64,000 nucleotides of DNA from positions 106,454,001-106,518,000 of the forward strand of contig OZ024740.1 in the NCBI GenBank assembly GCA_964016885.1. Reading direction: 5' to 3'. The notes beneath the pieces were generated by a model. The model ran no database searches, was not told where the DNA came from, and saw nothing but the letters and a program-made list of their open reading frames with translations. The DNA comes from Eledone cirrhosa (Eukaryota). The position numbers were made by a program, and so were the translations under genes. Below, piece by piece: positions 15,158 to 28,565 of the stretch; position 1 is the first letter of the stretch; each line of letters begins with the position of its first letter.

Positions 15158-15160
<3 letters not shown>
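14361..15160. mobile_element. F2-like element with ~305-bp direct repeats (period 495 bp)
   Basis: 14361-14668 is repeated at 14856-15161. Identical translated ORFs at 14384 and 14879 confirm the duplication. Confidence 0.8.
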
Positions 15161-15217
<57 letters not shown>

Positions 15218-15665
15218 TTGTGTATAATGGTAGCTATGGTGCTTCCATAGGCGGTATGCCAAAATTAGCACTCAATATTCATACAGAGAATTGTGTGTAT
15301 CGTATAAAAAAGGAAAAATCAGTGATGCATCTGACTCAGCTTATTGCGTCTTACAATTGTTTCGTCGGCAGGTAGCTCGAGACATGGTCACTGTATGGAT
15401 CTGGCTGTTTCTACGGCTGCATGTTCCTTCGAACACGCGCAATTCGTTCGGAGCAAACTTTCTCACTGGGGTGTTATCGTCAAATAACACCTTCAAAAAT
15501 ATATATATATACACACATACACATACATATATATTTTTTTCGGGGTTATAAGGGGCTTAGCTCTGTTTCTTGACCGTTGTATCACGTGACTGTCTCCCCC
15601 TCCGCCTTTTGGGATACTTTCTCACATCATATAGACGCGTTCTCGAGGCTAGTAAAACGAGGTAT

Positions 15666-15753
15666 CCTCTTGATAAGTCGGCAGACCTCGCAAAGACTCT
15701 ATATCTATATGATGTATTGTTTTTGTTTATGCCACGAAATTACGTAGTCGAAG
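15666..15753 (+). ncRNA. Hammerhead variant, U3-A8 core (inverted duplicate of 12284-12371)
   Basis: cctc TTGATAA gtcggca...tgccac GAAA ttacgtag TC gaag. Confidence 0.5.
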
Positions 15754-15766
15754 CTCCTTCTATAAA

Positions 15767-15832
<66 letters not shown>

Positions 15833-15879
15833 CATACATTCTGGGTGTTTCTATTTCCCCACGAATATATATACATATA

Positions 15880-16148
15880 TATATATGGGATAACAAGTTA
15901 TCATTTTAGGTAATCCAGTTAGAGGTTGTAAGTACTCTGTACAGCCGACTGTGTTAGTACTTTGTACAGCTGACCATGTTATTCTTCACTCTTTCACTAC
16001 TATATATATATATATATATATGAAAGACAGGAGTGAAAGAGTGAAGAATAACGTGGTCAGCTGTACAAAGTACTAACACAGTCGGCTGTACAGAGTACTC
16101 ACAACCTCTAACTGGATTACCTCGAATGATAACTTGTATTCCCATATA
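15880..16148. repeat. ~120-bp inverted repeat around a central (TA)n
   Basis: atgggataacaagttatcatt...ctctttcact (15885-15998) versus agtgaaagag...aatgataacttgtattcccat (16032-16145). Confidence 0.85.
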
Positions 16149-16169
16149 TGTATATGTATATATAGAGAT

Positions 16170-17838
16170 ATGTTTCTTTTATTTGCCACCAGGGCATCAA
16201 AAGTGGGACAAGTACAATGGGGGGAGTTTACAAAACAAGGCGTCCTCAATAAGGAGGAGACAATAACAATATATAAAAATAAAATAAAATATAACAAAAA
16301 ATAAAATTTATAACAAAGTCCTCAATAGAGAGGAGGCGCCTTGGGGGGTCGCACACACCCACGAAAAAAAGTGTGCGACCCTTTTCCTCAGGAGCACAGA
16401 GAAGGGGTGCTCCCTTGGTCTTTCATCTTCCTCACCTATAGTCTGATGTAGAGTGAAGGCCCATCCACACGGGCCATTCTCGCCACTTTCACCCATCTTT
16501 CATAAAAACGGCTGGGGTGCAACACCTCTCTCTCCATCCTGATCCTTCTTCCGAAATGATATCGGAAGAAACGGACCAGTTGTTGGCCAGAGAGAAAGGT
16601 GTCTGACCTCAGTCCTTTCAGACGCGTCCACCATACAACCTCTTTCGCCATGGCTATTACGCACAGAAACACCGCCTCTTCTTCGTTTTTGAAGAGGGGA
16701 GGCGGCTTGATCGTTACAATAGACTCGGTGGTCAACCGGATCGGTCCCACCCTTGACAGCAGTTGTTCGACATAGCCCCACAGATCGGCAATGCCCGAGC
16801 AGTGTACCAATGCGTGTGCAACGGTTTCCTCGTCGCACACGCATCTGGGACTGATCTTTTTCGAGGGGTCCCTACCCGGGCGCCCGTGTCTGTAGAGCCT
16901 TTCTCGAACGGGCAGAGCCTTTCTCGAACGGGAAGAGCCCTTCTGTAGCATTGCCAGGCCAGGGACCTCTGGAAGTTATCCATGGGTCCCGGGCTGAATG
17001 TCCTACCGAACAGGTTGGCCAGTTCGTCTTCCTCCATGCCTAGGGCTTCTCCGAGGGCGTCGTCGCACCTGCTAACCACCAGCCCTCTATAGAATGACGA
17101 GGTGGATTCTCCACTGACAGCCGGGTCCGCCTGCCAGAGAGCCGTGAGCGCCTGGGCACACTCGGTGTGCCAGGCGCCCAGTTTTCTCGGTCTTTGCTTG
17201 ACCCAGGATTGCAGCTCGGTGAGTGAGACGAGTCTGGGAAAGGCTCGCCTCACAAACGGGGCCCACACCGGTTGACCGGAGAGGAATACCTGAAGGTGCC
17301 GTAGCCTTAATGCGTGTTTACGTATCATTAGCCACGGCATCCCCAGCCCTCCTTTCGAAGGGTGTTGACAGCAGATGGATCTCCTCACCATAGGAGCCCG
17401 CTTCTTCCAAAGGAATTGGAAGAGTGCGCGCTCCATTTTGGCGAGCGTTTCCCTTGGGCAAGGCACCACGGTCAGGCGGTAGTAGATGACGGACGCTATA
17501 TAAGTGTTCGCCACCTCCGCCCGACCTTTCAGGGACAGTTTGCACTCGGCCCACTTCTGGGTCAGTGCAAACACCCTGTTCGTTACCTCACCCCAGTTCT
17601 TCTCCACCTGGAGGTCTGGTCCGAACCAGACCCCGAGCAACTTCACCGGGCCCTCCGTCCAGCGCCCGACGACGCCATCGGAGGGCATCGATCTGCCCCT
17701 CCACGTGCCGAGTTGCAGACCGATCGACTTGTCCCGGTTCAGCTTAGCCCCTGTAAACCTTTCGTACTCCTCCAGTAAGGTGCCGATCTCCCCGATTTCC
17801 GAGGCCGTCGACACCATTACTGTTACGTCATCGGCGTA
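16170..17838 (-). mobile_element. Tx1/L1-clade LINE, 3' part of ORF2 plus 3' UTR
   Basis: Starts at YADDVTVMVS, then GAKLNRDKS, LSLKGRAEVAN, HPSKGGLG and zinc-knuckle CPRC-like ...ETVAHALVHC. A 20-bp tandem duplication near 16895-16940 causes a frameshift. Ends ggcaaataaagaaacatatc in (TA)n. Confidence 0.92.
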
Positions 17839-18014
17839 TATATAGAGATAGATAGATAAATATACACGGGTGTGTATGATTGTGTATAGAAGATTATATT
17901 AATAAAAGGAATTCCAACTTTGTCTGATTTACTCGTTTTATTTACAATCCTTTAAAATTTATAATGGTATTAGAATGAAATAGTATGGTAGAATATTAAA
18001 TGTTAAGTGTTAAT

Positions 18015-18053
18015 TGAACAAGCACTTTCATGCTTTCGCAATCTTCAGGTTCA
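18015..18053 (-). ncRNA. Minimal type I hammerhead (left arm)
   Basis: tgaac CTGAAGA t-tgc gaaa gca-t GAAA gtgc TT gttca. Confidence 0.72.
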
Positions 18054-18125
18054 TAATGTGTGGTGACAGTCAAGTTTGCAATTTTCAACTGTGAACATTG
18101 CAAACTTGACTGTCACCACACATTA

Positions 18126-18164
18126 TGAACCTGAAGATTGCGAAAGCATGAAAGTACTTGTTCA
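18126..18164 (+). ncRNA. Minimal type I hammerhead (right arm)
   Basis: tgaac CTGAAGA t-tgc gaaa gca-t GAAA gtac TT gttca. GNRA loop 2, palindromic stem III. Confidence 0.8.
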
Positions 18165-18276
18165 ATTAACACTTAACATTTAATATTCTACCATACTATT
18201 TCATTCTAATACCATTATAAATTTTAAAGGATTGTAAATAAAAATAGTAAATCAGACAATGTTGGAATTCCTTTCA

Positions 18277-18323
<47 letters not shown>

Positions 18324-19049
18324 GTAGGAAAATGGAAACACTCAGCGTAAAAATGGCCTTCCTATCAATTCTTCGAGCCAACTCACTTATGCCACTGATT
18401 TCTATCCTTCGAGGTACTGTTTTACCCAACGCCCTTTCAACGGCATTTTGCTGTTTTAACAGCTTCCTTACGCCGAATTTTTTAATTTTCCTACGAATTC
18501 TAATACACTGGCGTTGAATCGGTTTTCTGTTGAATCGGTTGTTACAGCACCTTTGAAATGGTAGGAAGGAATTTGTTATTAAGGTGTCCACTGGCTTGAT
18601 TGATAGGAAGTTCTGAAAGCTGCTGCTACTACAACTTGTGAGAGGCTAGAACAGGAGGGGGAAGCTGAATTCAATTGAGAATACATATATATACATATAT
18701 GTGCGTGTGTGTGTTTGTGTGTGTGTGTGCGCGCGCGTGTTTGTGTGTGTGTGTGTGCGCGCACACGTTTGTGGGTGTGTGTGCGCGCGCGCATGTTTGT
18801 GTGCGTGTATGTATATATATAATAATAATTAAATTTTGTTTAAATATACGTATTAGAGAAAAACATAATCTCGTACACATATATATATATCTTATGTATG
18901 TATATATATATATATATATAAAGCACACAATATTAGATCGATTTTCAATCCGGTTCTAGGAACGATGAAACAGCGTTGTAAGGAATATTTATTTTTCCAA
19001 CTTAAAGTATATAATGTCTCCTAAATATTGTATGCTTTTTATAGCCATA

Positions 19050-19560
19050 GTTGTGTTCTGCTGTGCCATATTGGAACTCATGTATTAAGACTACTCCAAA
19101 TCCTTGGTTTGATGTCTCCGTTGTGAGAACATTTGGTAGTTCTGGATTATAGTGCATCAATAAGAGTTGAGACTGTAACAGACTTTTCACCATATCAAAG
19201 ACATTTTGACACCCTCTTATCGATTCCCATCTGCATTTTTTTTTTACAATAGCTGGTTAAACGGATAAGATAAACGATGCATTGTAATAGCTGATCAATT
19301 CAACGAATTATTTCAGTTCTGGCACATGGAATGGTGATGACATTCTCATTATGGCACTGATGATTGCTGTGTCAGGTCAGCGGCCTTTCTTATCGATAAT
19401 ATACCCAAGATTTTCCAACTAAGTCTTGGAAAAGTTCACATTTTTCTCTTTTCAGTGGAAAACCATAACCCTGTATTCATTGTAAGATTTTTGTATACAT
19501 TGTAAGTGTGTAGTCTGCAGTGCCTCTTTCGTTGAACCCATGATGATTATATACTGCACC
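19050..19560 (-). pseudogene. Degraded Gypsy/Ty3 pol relic (RT C-terminus / RNase H connection)
   Basis: LGYIIDKKG and VKSLLQSQLLLMHYNPELPNVLTTETSNQGFGVVLIH resemble the LxHYDPxxPxxLxxDASxxGxGAVL signature. Many stops and frameshifts. Confidence 0.72.
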
Positions 19561-19630
19561 TCAGTTATACTGAATTCACGCCACTTTGCAACATGACATG
19601 TAGGCGTGGTTGATATCCTATATATCTTTT

Positions 19631-19671
<41 letters not shown>

Positions 19672-19725
19672 AATTACAAAATAAGAGGAAATAATAGACA
19701 AAAATATACCTATTTTTTCTTCAGA

Positions 19726-19818
19726 GTCCCGACTGCATAGTTTCGCTGATCCATATGCAACAATTGTGCATCATAGAAATGCACCATCGTTGTGAGGCCA
19801 ATCAGCTTGTCAAGGAAC
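19726..19818 (-). ncRNA. Hammerhead variant, U3-A8 core, extended stem II
   Basis: gttcc TTGACAA gctgatt...gatcagc GAAA ctatgcag TC gggac. Lies in a ~280-bp island between (TA)n tracts. Confidence 0.75.
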
Positions 19819-19942
19819 ACCTCAGAGAAAAGGACTGATTTCCAGGCGCGTATGTAGCAAGTGAGAAAATCTCTATAGGCGGAGGGAGGAATTAACACGT
19901 AATACATCGGTCAAGAAAAATGACTGTTTCCCTTGTAGCAAG

Positions 19943-20036
<94 letters not shown>

Positions 20037-20085
20037 CAGGTCAAATGGCTTACATAGATGAACATATTCTGATTCTAATCTCCAT

Positions 20086-20175
20086 TGCGTCTAATGAGCA
20101 AATCGATCGAAGAATCGAGCTGATTGTAACCGATTAAAGCTTAGAGCTGGTTATTTGGAAAACACGTGTTACACG
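20086..20175 (+). ncRNA. Decayed hammerhead (G5A)
   Basis: tgcgt CTAATGA gcaaat...atttg GAAA a-cacgtg TT acacg. Palindromic cacgtg. Confidence 0.4.
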
Positions 20176-20400
20176 TGGTTATTAATAAAGTATGTTGAGC
20201 TGAATACTTCGTTCTCTTTTTTAATATAAACACACTATGAAACAAATGTCAGTGTTAATCTACACTTTTTAGTACTGAACATTCAATTCGCGTATAAACA
20301 GTGAGCGTTGAAACAGATACCAACTGTAGTAATTAATATTACTCACCAACTGGCACTATATAGGTAGATATTTGTATGTATATATATATATATATGTATG

Positions 20401-20510
<110 letters not shown>

Positions 20511-20849
20511 TATGTAGGTAGGTAGGTAGAGTGAGAGACAGAAAAGAAATAATATATTATGTAAGTCACTGAGAGAGAGTGGGTGGAGTTGTAAAAATAA
20601 GAATTAGTGAAAAAGAGATTGAGATCAACCCCGTCAATTTCGACAGGTGCTATGCGAAAATCAAGTAAATGGTAATACAGTTCACGAACGAGTGAAATCG
20701 CCTTGGAGTGGATTCACCTAAATTCCATTTAATTGACATAGCCACATTAATGGAAAATGCTAAGTCTGTTTTCCTATTATACTTCCCAATGAGAATAATT
20801 ACTATTTCATAATCCTCTGCTAATCCGTTATTATTGTCGCCTCTTCATC

Positions 20850-21245
20850 GATATTGCTGTTGTTGGTGTTGTTGTCTTCGTTGCTATCGTTCAATTGTGC
20901 TGCTATTGTTGATATTACTACTGCTATGGTTGCTGTTATTGTTGCAGCTGCTGCTATATTTGCTGGTGTTTCTGCTGTTGCTGTTGTTGTTGTTGTAACT
21001 GTTGTTGTTGTTGGTGGTGGTGGTGGTGGTTGCGGCGATCTGGTGGTGGTGATGGTGGTGGTTGGTAGCAATGGTAGTGGTGGTGATCTTGGGGGTATTG
21101 ATGGTGGTGGTGGTGGTTATGGTGGTAGTGGTAGTGGTGGTGGTGGTGGTGGTGGTGGTGGCGGTTGCAGTTGTATTGGTGGTGAGATATTCAGGGTGGT
21201 AGCAGTGGTGGAGTTCGTAGGGGGAGGTGGTAGTAGTGGGTATGG
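20850..21245. repeat. Degenerate (GTT)n/(GCT)n/(GGT)n trinucleotide repeat
   Basis: Directly visible. Produces the V/G-rich pseudo-ORF 20854-21297. Confidence 0.9.
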
Positions 21246-21319
21246 TAGGAGATGTGAGAGTATAGACAACCTACCAATTATCAGTGTTGTTATCTAGATC
21301 TGGTAATGAGAAATTTATT

Positions 21320-22128
21320 TGGAAATCTTCGAGTATTTTTATATTGAACCTCTCAATTTACTGTATAACGAGCTACACACACACTCACATACACATATAC
21401 ACACATACATATACACACACACATATCCACACATACACACACACACAACACACACAGATACACATACATACATACACACACATACACACATACAATTAAA
21501 CTCACACACATCTACACATACAGATAATTACGTGATGACAGACAGGTGTGTGTGAATATATGTCTGTGTGTGTCTGTCTTAGTATATTCATGTGAGTGTA
21601 TGTGAGAGTGTATGTGTGTGTGAGTTTTTGTGTGATAATTTTTATTTTCAGTTGAATTAAAACAATAGAAAACAACACAACGACGTCACATTTTATATAT
21701 GAATATGTATGTGTCTGTGAGTGTGTATGTGCGCGTTCATTAGGTAAATACACACATCTACACATACATATGTAGTGACTGTCAAAAAAATGAGGGGAAA
21801 GCTATGCGCGTATCTGCGTGAATGTATGTCTTTGTGTGTCTGTTTTAGTATATGTAGGTGAGAGTGTATGTGTGTGAGTGTGTAGCAACAATTTATTCAT
21901 TTGGACACGAACAAAAAATTACACAATGAATATTGTTTACCCTAAGGTTCTTCAAGATTGACAGATTTTCATTTCTAAAATCTATTACCATTACAATTTT
22001 AATATTTTTTTTTTATAAAATATAGATATTTTGAAATAATTATAAGAAAAAAAAACATATCTATTTATTGTTTACTAATCTGAATAAGAAGAGCAGTATT
22101 CTTGGCAACGCCGGGTAATTCAGCTAGT
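21320..22128 (+). mobile_element. Probable non-autonomous Helitron (3' end clear, 5' end uncertain)
   Basis: Ends ggcaacgccgggtaattcagCTAGt, a typical Helitron subterminal GC motif plus CTAG. Internal CA/GT-rich inverted segments. Confidence 0.45.
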
Positions 22129-22269
22129 ATATATGAATATATATTCACATACATATATACATATATATACATAGCTACATACATACAATCATACATACAT
22201 ACACATATTTACCTATCTATATACATACATACATAGACACATACATATATACATGCATGCATACATACA

Positions 22270-23390
22270 TTCACTGGGAATAGCCGGCTGTGGTTGGAGT
22301 TCATGTATTTTGCATGTCGCTTGAGCCCTCCTGCTGATTTACATTCTCTACCACATGCTTGGCAAGCATGATGAGTAGCATCTCCAACAGCAGCCTGGTA
22401 GTCAACCACTGGTCTTACTTTATAACTGCGAAGATGACTTTCGAGTCCAGCTTTGCTTAGGCAGAGTCTTGCACAGACGCTGCATGTCAGCACCATAGGA
22501 TGACCCTCTCCGTCTGGATGTGCAACAGCAATGCCCTTCCTCACATCCCGCTTTACTTTCTCGTATGCGATTCGAGATGCCTCAAAGGCAACTTTTCCCT
22601 CATATACAGTCTTTCTCCATTTATTACGATCAGCAGCAATATTTTCCCAACAGAGATGTTAGCGTCTTTCAAGAGGCTTTCAAGGAATCCTTATACCTCT
22701 TTTTTGGTTTATGTGGCGGTCGTTTTCATTTAACTAACTCTCCATAAAAGAGTTGTTTTGGTATTCTAGAATCCTTCATCCTTGCAAGGTGACCACTCCA
22801 ACGGAGTCGTTGCTTAAGCACAAGAGCTTCTATACTGTCACACATAGAGCTTTCCAAAATCTCGATATCACTGATGTGGTCCCTCCAGTGAACGCCATGG
22901 ATCCGTCTGAGTCACATCTGATGGAAATGCTCCAATTGCTTAAGGTGGTGTCGATATGTGACCCAGGTCTCGCAGGCATAAAGAAGACAAGAGAGCACAC
23001 ATGCCTTGAACACCTTTACCTTTGTCCTCCTGCATAAGTCTCGCCGACCCCAGAGTCGCCTTTCTAGCTTTCCGAAAGCATCACTTGCTTTCCTAATCCT
23101 AAGTGAGATTTCACTATCAAGTTTGCTGTATCGATTGGCAATGCTTCCCAGGTAGACAAACTGATCAACCACTCCAAGTCGTTTACCATACACATAGATA
23201 TTTGGTTCAGTGTACTGCTTACCAGGGGCAGGTTGGTAATGACGACGGTTTTCTTGAGACTGACAGTCAATCCTAGAGCAGTGCAAGCGCCAGAAAATGC
23301 ATTCAAAATGTGCTGCATATCACTCTCTGTGTGCGCTACAAGATCGCAATCATCTGCATACAAGAGGTCTCTTATGATTGATGTAAATAC
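22270..23390 (-). mobile_element. RTE (BovB-like) LINE 3' fragment in (TACA)n
   Basis: [39 protein letters not shown], then two C2H2-type fingers CSVCARLCLSKAGLESH and CQACGRECKSAGGLKRH. Frameshifted. Confidence 0.9.
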
Positions 23391-24589
23391 ATACATACAT
23401 ACATGGTGGCTGCCAACTCGTTTTCGAGTACGGCCACTACTTTATATCCATGTAGGAGAACCCCTACCGATGCGCTGAATGTGTGTGACTTTTTAGTCCA
23501 GCCAGCGACTTGAAAACTCTGGTACAAACACTACACTTGTGACAATTATTGACACATAGTGCTGGGCCCATGGTACCATGTGTCGACAAGTGCAGAGAGA
23601 TCTCCAGATATAAAGCAATGCCTGTGCCATGAAGCTTTTATAGTGAGGAAAGGCACTGCCCAAATCCAGTCCCACTCTCTTAACCAAGATGATATTTACC
23701 AAAAAGAAGAACAAGTCAACATCATTGGATACCATCATACATACATACATACATACATACATACATACATACATACATACATACATACATACATAAATAC
23801 ATACATACCTAATTTTATTATTCTTATTCCTATACAAAAATTACGCTTAAATTAATTATTTCCATGCATTTGCATACAGACTTATGCATAACGAGTGTAT
23901 GTTTGAAGATAAGTATGTGCATAAGTATATGCATATAAGCACATTTGCATATAAAAACATTTTAAGAAATTTCTATTTATATACTATATACAAGGTGAGC
24001 ATAATGTATTTCCCTTTTCATGGATGCCATTTTGTTACTAAAATTACAACTACTTCCTATAGAAGAGAAAATGTAAAACATGTTCAGAAAAACTTTAAAG
24101 TTGGAATTTACAAATTAAACAATGAAAAAGTAAAATCTCAAATAGTATCTGAGATATGGTATTTTATAATCAGGAAAAGACTTTATGCTCACCCTATATA
24201 TGTATATATATATATATATATATATCACAGAAAAAAAGAGAATCAGTGTTGCGACGAATGGAATTTATTGGACATATTACAATCGTTTCTCTGGCGACCA
24301 GCTCGAGGCACGATCGATGTGATGATCGAACCTGCATCGAGTGCTCAAACGGCCTACCGCGTACGGACGCTTTAAGCATCCAACTCCAATTATATATATA
24401 TATATATATATAATATTTAACTTCAGCCAATTTCCATTTTGGAGGGATACAACCTAAATCGGATAAAAAAAGTTCGTTTTTACTTATATAATACCTCGAC
24501 CATTATTTCAAGAACTCAAGATACATCATCTGTAATTCCAAGACATTGGAATAACTAATATTAGAAGAATTTCAGTCCCTTCATCAGGT

Positions 24590-26990
24590 GGAGTACCATT
24601 AATAAAATCAAAGACACAAATGGACAACTGGGGAATATGCTTCAATCATACACGCGTACCTTACGGCAACATTGTACACTAAAAACGAAAACACAACACA
24701 TATAAAATTTGGCAAAAAACAGCCACATTTTGAGTTAATACTTGACCCTAATAAACTAGCAAATTTAAGGAGATACATATTAAAAACAAAACAAATATCA
24801 GGCATTGAAATCGAACAATTAAAAAAACAAATTCATAACGAAAATACAAATAGTAATAACATAATAATTAACGAACATAAAGACAGAGAATTTAAAACGT
24901 GATGTAAAACCCGACATACCCCAAATAGATAAAATAAACAATAAAACAGAGCAAACCCCAACCATAAGAAATACACAGAGTGTTAACCAACGAAAACTGA
25001 TTCCAGTCAACACAACCAAAAATACAAATAAAATGAACATGAAGAAAAAGATAGAAAGAAAATAACCCCTATAGACGAAATTCAAGATTACAATAGGATA
25101 AAGAAGGAAATACTTCAAGTACTCCAAAGAGTAAATCTCCCAAAGATAAAAGTTACAGCAAACGAACAACTATGGGATGATATTACAGTAGATGATGTGT
25201 CTATCTCACTAAGAGGGGCAAGGGCCAGGACATGACAAGATCTCCAACTTCTGGTTTAAATATTTAACAGGGACACATTATATTTAACACGACCCTGATC
25301 CCCAAAAATAATGACACAGCAAAGCCGAAAAATGACAGACTCATAACATGCTTGCCTACTACATACAAAACCTTAACTTCAATACTATCACAGAAAATAA
25401 CCAAACACCTGGAAAAAAAAAACAACCTGCTCCCAGGAGAACAGAAAGGATGCCGCAGAGGCTCATATGGATACAAAAACCAGTTATTAATAAATAAAGC
25501 CATAACTGAAAACTGCAAAAAAACCTCAGCATGGCTTGGATTGATTACCAAAAAGCGTTTGACAGTGTTCCCCATACATGGATATTCAACACATTAGCCA
25601 TAAATAGAGTATCTGCAAAACTAACATCATTTATCAAACATTCCATGAGTAAATGGCAAACAATTCTGCTGATACAAACAAAAGATAAAACAATAAAAAC
25701 AGAGCCTATACTAATCAACAGAGGCATATTCCAAAGAAACTTCCTATCATTACTGCTTTTCTGCCTAGCATTAACACCACTATCTGAAAAACTAAACAGA
25801 ACTAGGTTCGGATATAAATGCTACAATGGGAAAATTAAACATCTCCTATATGTGGATGATCTAAAGCTGTATGCTACAAATGAAAAACAACTCCAAACAT
25901 TGCTGCAAACTGTACATGGATTCACAAAAGAAATAGGTATGAAATTTGGATTAGAAAAATGTGCCAAGGCAACTCTGAAGAGAGGGAAACTAATGAAAAG
26001 CAATAATATCGTGTTAGGTAAAGAAACCGAAATAAGAGAACTAGATCAAACTCAAATATGCAAATACTTAGGAATCAACGAACTAGATAAGATTCAACAC
26101 ACACAGATGAAAGAAAATATTAGAAAAGAATACTACAGAAGAATTAGGTTAATACTCAAAACTGAACTAATGCAAAGAATAAGGTGATTGGCATCAACAC
26201 TTTAGCAGTCACCGCAATGAGCTATAGCTTTAACATTCTGATTTGGACACTAAAAAACTAACTGGAATAGATAGAAAACAAGAAAAATAATGACCGCATT
26301 TAAAATACACCATCCAAAATCAAAGGGATAGGGACCTAGAACATTCTTATAAAATAGAACATTCTTATAAAATAACTACTGTAGGACTACAAACATACCT
26401 AATAAAAACAAAGGAAAGCTAATATAAATATCCACGAAACATGAACAAAACAAAAGACTGTTCCTGGTCTTCAAGGAAGCCAAACATTTCAAATCAGAAA
26501 CTGGACTAACAGATAATTATGAAGAAAATGAAAGCAAAGAAAAAACAACAGAAGTCGTGAAAGACATAAAATTTAAATCGAAAACTAGCATCCAGAATGC
26601 CAGGTTAAAACGATGGCAAGAGAAATCCTTAAATGGCCAATACTCCAAAAAGCTAAATAGAAAGTAAGTAGACTAATAAAACACACAAAACTGGCTCCGA
26701 AGCACTGGACTAAAAGCTGAGATGGAAGGATTTCTAATTGCAGCGCAGGACCATAATATGTGGAGATAGGGAAGAAACAATCAACCACATAGTCTCTGGT
26801 TGCCCAGATCTAGCCAAAAAGGAATATATCCATAGGCATGATAGAGTTTGGACCTTCATACTGGAAATTATGACAGCGTCCTGAAATACCAGCAGAAAAA
26901 AGATGGTACAAACAGACACAGAGAATGACAAAGCAACCATTCTCTGAGATATGCCAATACATACAGACAGAGAGATCAAGGCCAACCGAC
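24590..26990 (+). mobile_element. R4/Dong-clade LINE, degraded
   Basis: EQKGCRRGSYG, MAWIDYQKAFDSVPH, HLLYVDDLKLYA, FGLEKCAK, KYLG, ETINHIVSGCP and RLE start (MPIHTDREIKANR). Frameshifts and internal deletions. Confidence 0.9.
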
Positions 26991-27400
26991 GCGTTTCAAC
27001 TGCAATATCAACATAGAATACTAAAGCATCGTCAGAGCATACTAATCAATAGAGATTTACATGTTGATAGCGAGGGACATGGTCCGAACACGGAAGAGCC
27101 GAACTCCCACTGTCATCGCCTCTATATCCCTCGCCTTCTCCATCTCTCTGTATGGCAAGCAAATGGGGTCCCATATGCTGCCCTCCCCACAGCCCCGGCG
27201 GACAGAATGGAGAAGGTGTTTCCCCGGAGTATGGCAAGGGAGATGCGCTGGAAGAGCCATTCCATCTCGCGAGGCTCACACCTGCGGCTGGCCAGCTCAG
27301 CGCCTATAGTGGTGAGTAGGGAAGTAGCCCTAGGGGTAAGGACACCAGAAGTCTCCACTGCCAAGGGCACGACCGAAAACCTGTTGGAGACCGATTGATT
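26991..27400 (-). mobile_element. CRE-clade (RLE-bearing) non-LTR 3' fragment
   Basis: VPLAVETSG...EWLFQRISLAILRGN matches the CRE-type C-terminus. GC-rich relative to the flanks. Truncates the R4 element. Confidence 0.7.
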
Positions 27401-27579
27401 CAGCAACTGGATGATGAAAGTCCTAAAGAAACGCAAGAATCATAATCAATACAGTAAAGAAACTGAAGATATTTGTTGTTATTTTTTGTTGTTGTTTTTT
27501 TTAAGAAATACAGATAAAGTTATATCTCAGGGGACACGCAAACAAAGCAGTAACTTCATTCTGCTAAATAAGCCAGAAT

Positions 27580-28490
27580 TGATTGACATATATATATATA
27601 TATTTAAAATAAACACATGAAACAATCACAGGGGAATTTGTAAAGTGCGTAATCACACAGCTTTAATGAAATATACAAGGAGGATTAATCATTTTTTAAA
27701 AGGTAATATTTGAAGCTCTAGTTAAACTTTAATTAGTTTTCTACCTAGCTGTGTGTGATTACACACTTTACAAATTATCCCCTGTGATTGTTTCATGTGT
27801 TTATTTTAAATATATATATATGTCAATCAATTTCTAGTTGATATAAAATGCTCGGATCTATTCATTGGAATCTTTGAGCTTATTCTACAGTGGATATGGC
27901 GCATGTCTCGGACACGACTCCTTTAATTTAATTTAATTTAATTTATTTCGGATATATAAACGGCTCCTTAATTGTAGAGCTAGATCGGTTGAAAGGACTT
28001 GGCTGCTATTTATAGCTGTCGACCACCCTATTCACGCCAATGGGAGGCCGCTAGCATGTTGTTAGTAGCTTTAGAATTGCAGCACGTGCGACGGTTCACT
28101 CGCAGATTTGCATTTGATGTGTAAACACAGACAGTTATTTCTTCCTCCTTGCTGATGATCTAAGATTTAGCTACTGTGACTTTACGGACTTTTAGTGAAA
28201 TATATTTCTTTAATGAAATATATACAGGGAGGATTAATCATTTTTTAAAAGGTAATATTTGAATCTAGTTAAACTTTAATTAGTTACCTACCTAGCTATG
28301 TGTGATTACACACTTTACAAATTATTCCCTGTGATTGTTTCATGTGTTTATTTTGAATATATATATATGTCAATCAATTTCTAGTTGATATGAAATGCTC
28401 GGATCTATTCATTGGAATCTTTGAGCTTATTCTACAGTGGATATGGCACATGTCTCGGACATGACTCTTTTAATTTAATTTAAATTAATT
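27580..28490 (+). mobile_element. pLTR-like tandem plus inverted unit (family F5, relative of 13060-13790)
   Basis: 27661-27945 is repeated at 28208-28490. 27580-27660 is an inverted arm. Contains a hammerhead. Confidence 0.8.
28144..28232 (+). ncRNA. Type I hammerhead with full-length stems
   Basis: cctccttg CTGATGA t-ctaaga...ttttag-t GAAA tatatttc tttaat gaaatata TA cagggagg. 8-bp stem I and 8-bp stem III. Confidence 0.85.
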
Positions 28491-28497
28491 CATTTCG

Positions 28498-28559
<62 letters not shown>

Positions 28560-28565
<6 letters not shown>

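Larger units (their letters stand above)
12270..15768. repeat. Large near-identical inverted duplication of a multi-element cassette
   Basis: 12270-12820 is the reverse complement of 15215-15768. 12879-13072 is the reverse complement of 14170-14359. The right arm is split by the insert 14361-15160. Confidence 0.88.
17853..18282. mobile_element. Fold-back double-hammerhead element with tail (family F4)
   Basis: Arms ~17896-18082 and ~18097-18282, with tail acacgggtgtgtatgattgtgtatagaa. Same layout at 62740-63131. Confidence 0.88.

Noticed and set aside
20854-21297. Signal-peptide-like Gly-rich secreted protein
   Set aside because: Starts at a non-ATG codon within a degenerate GTT/GGT repeat. 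Composition is explained by the repeat.
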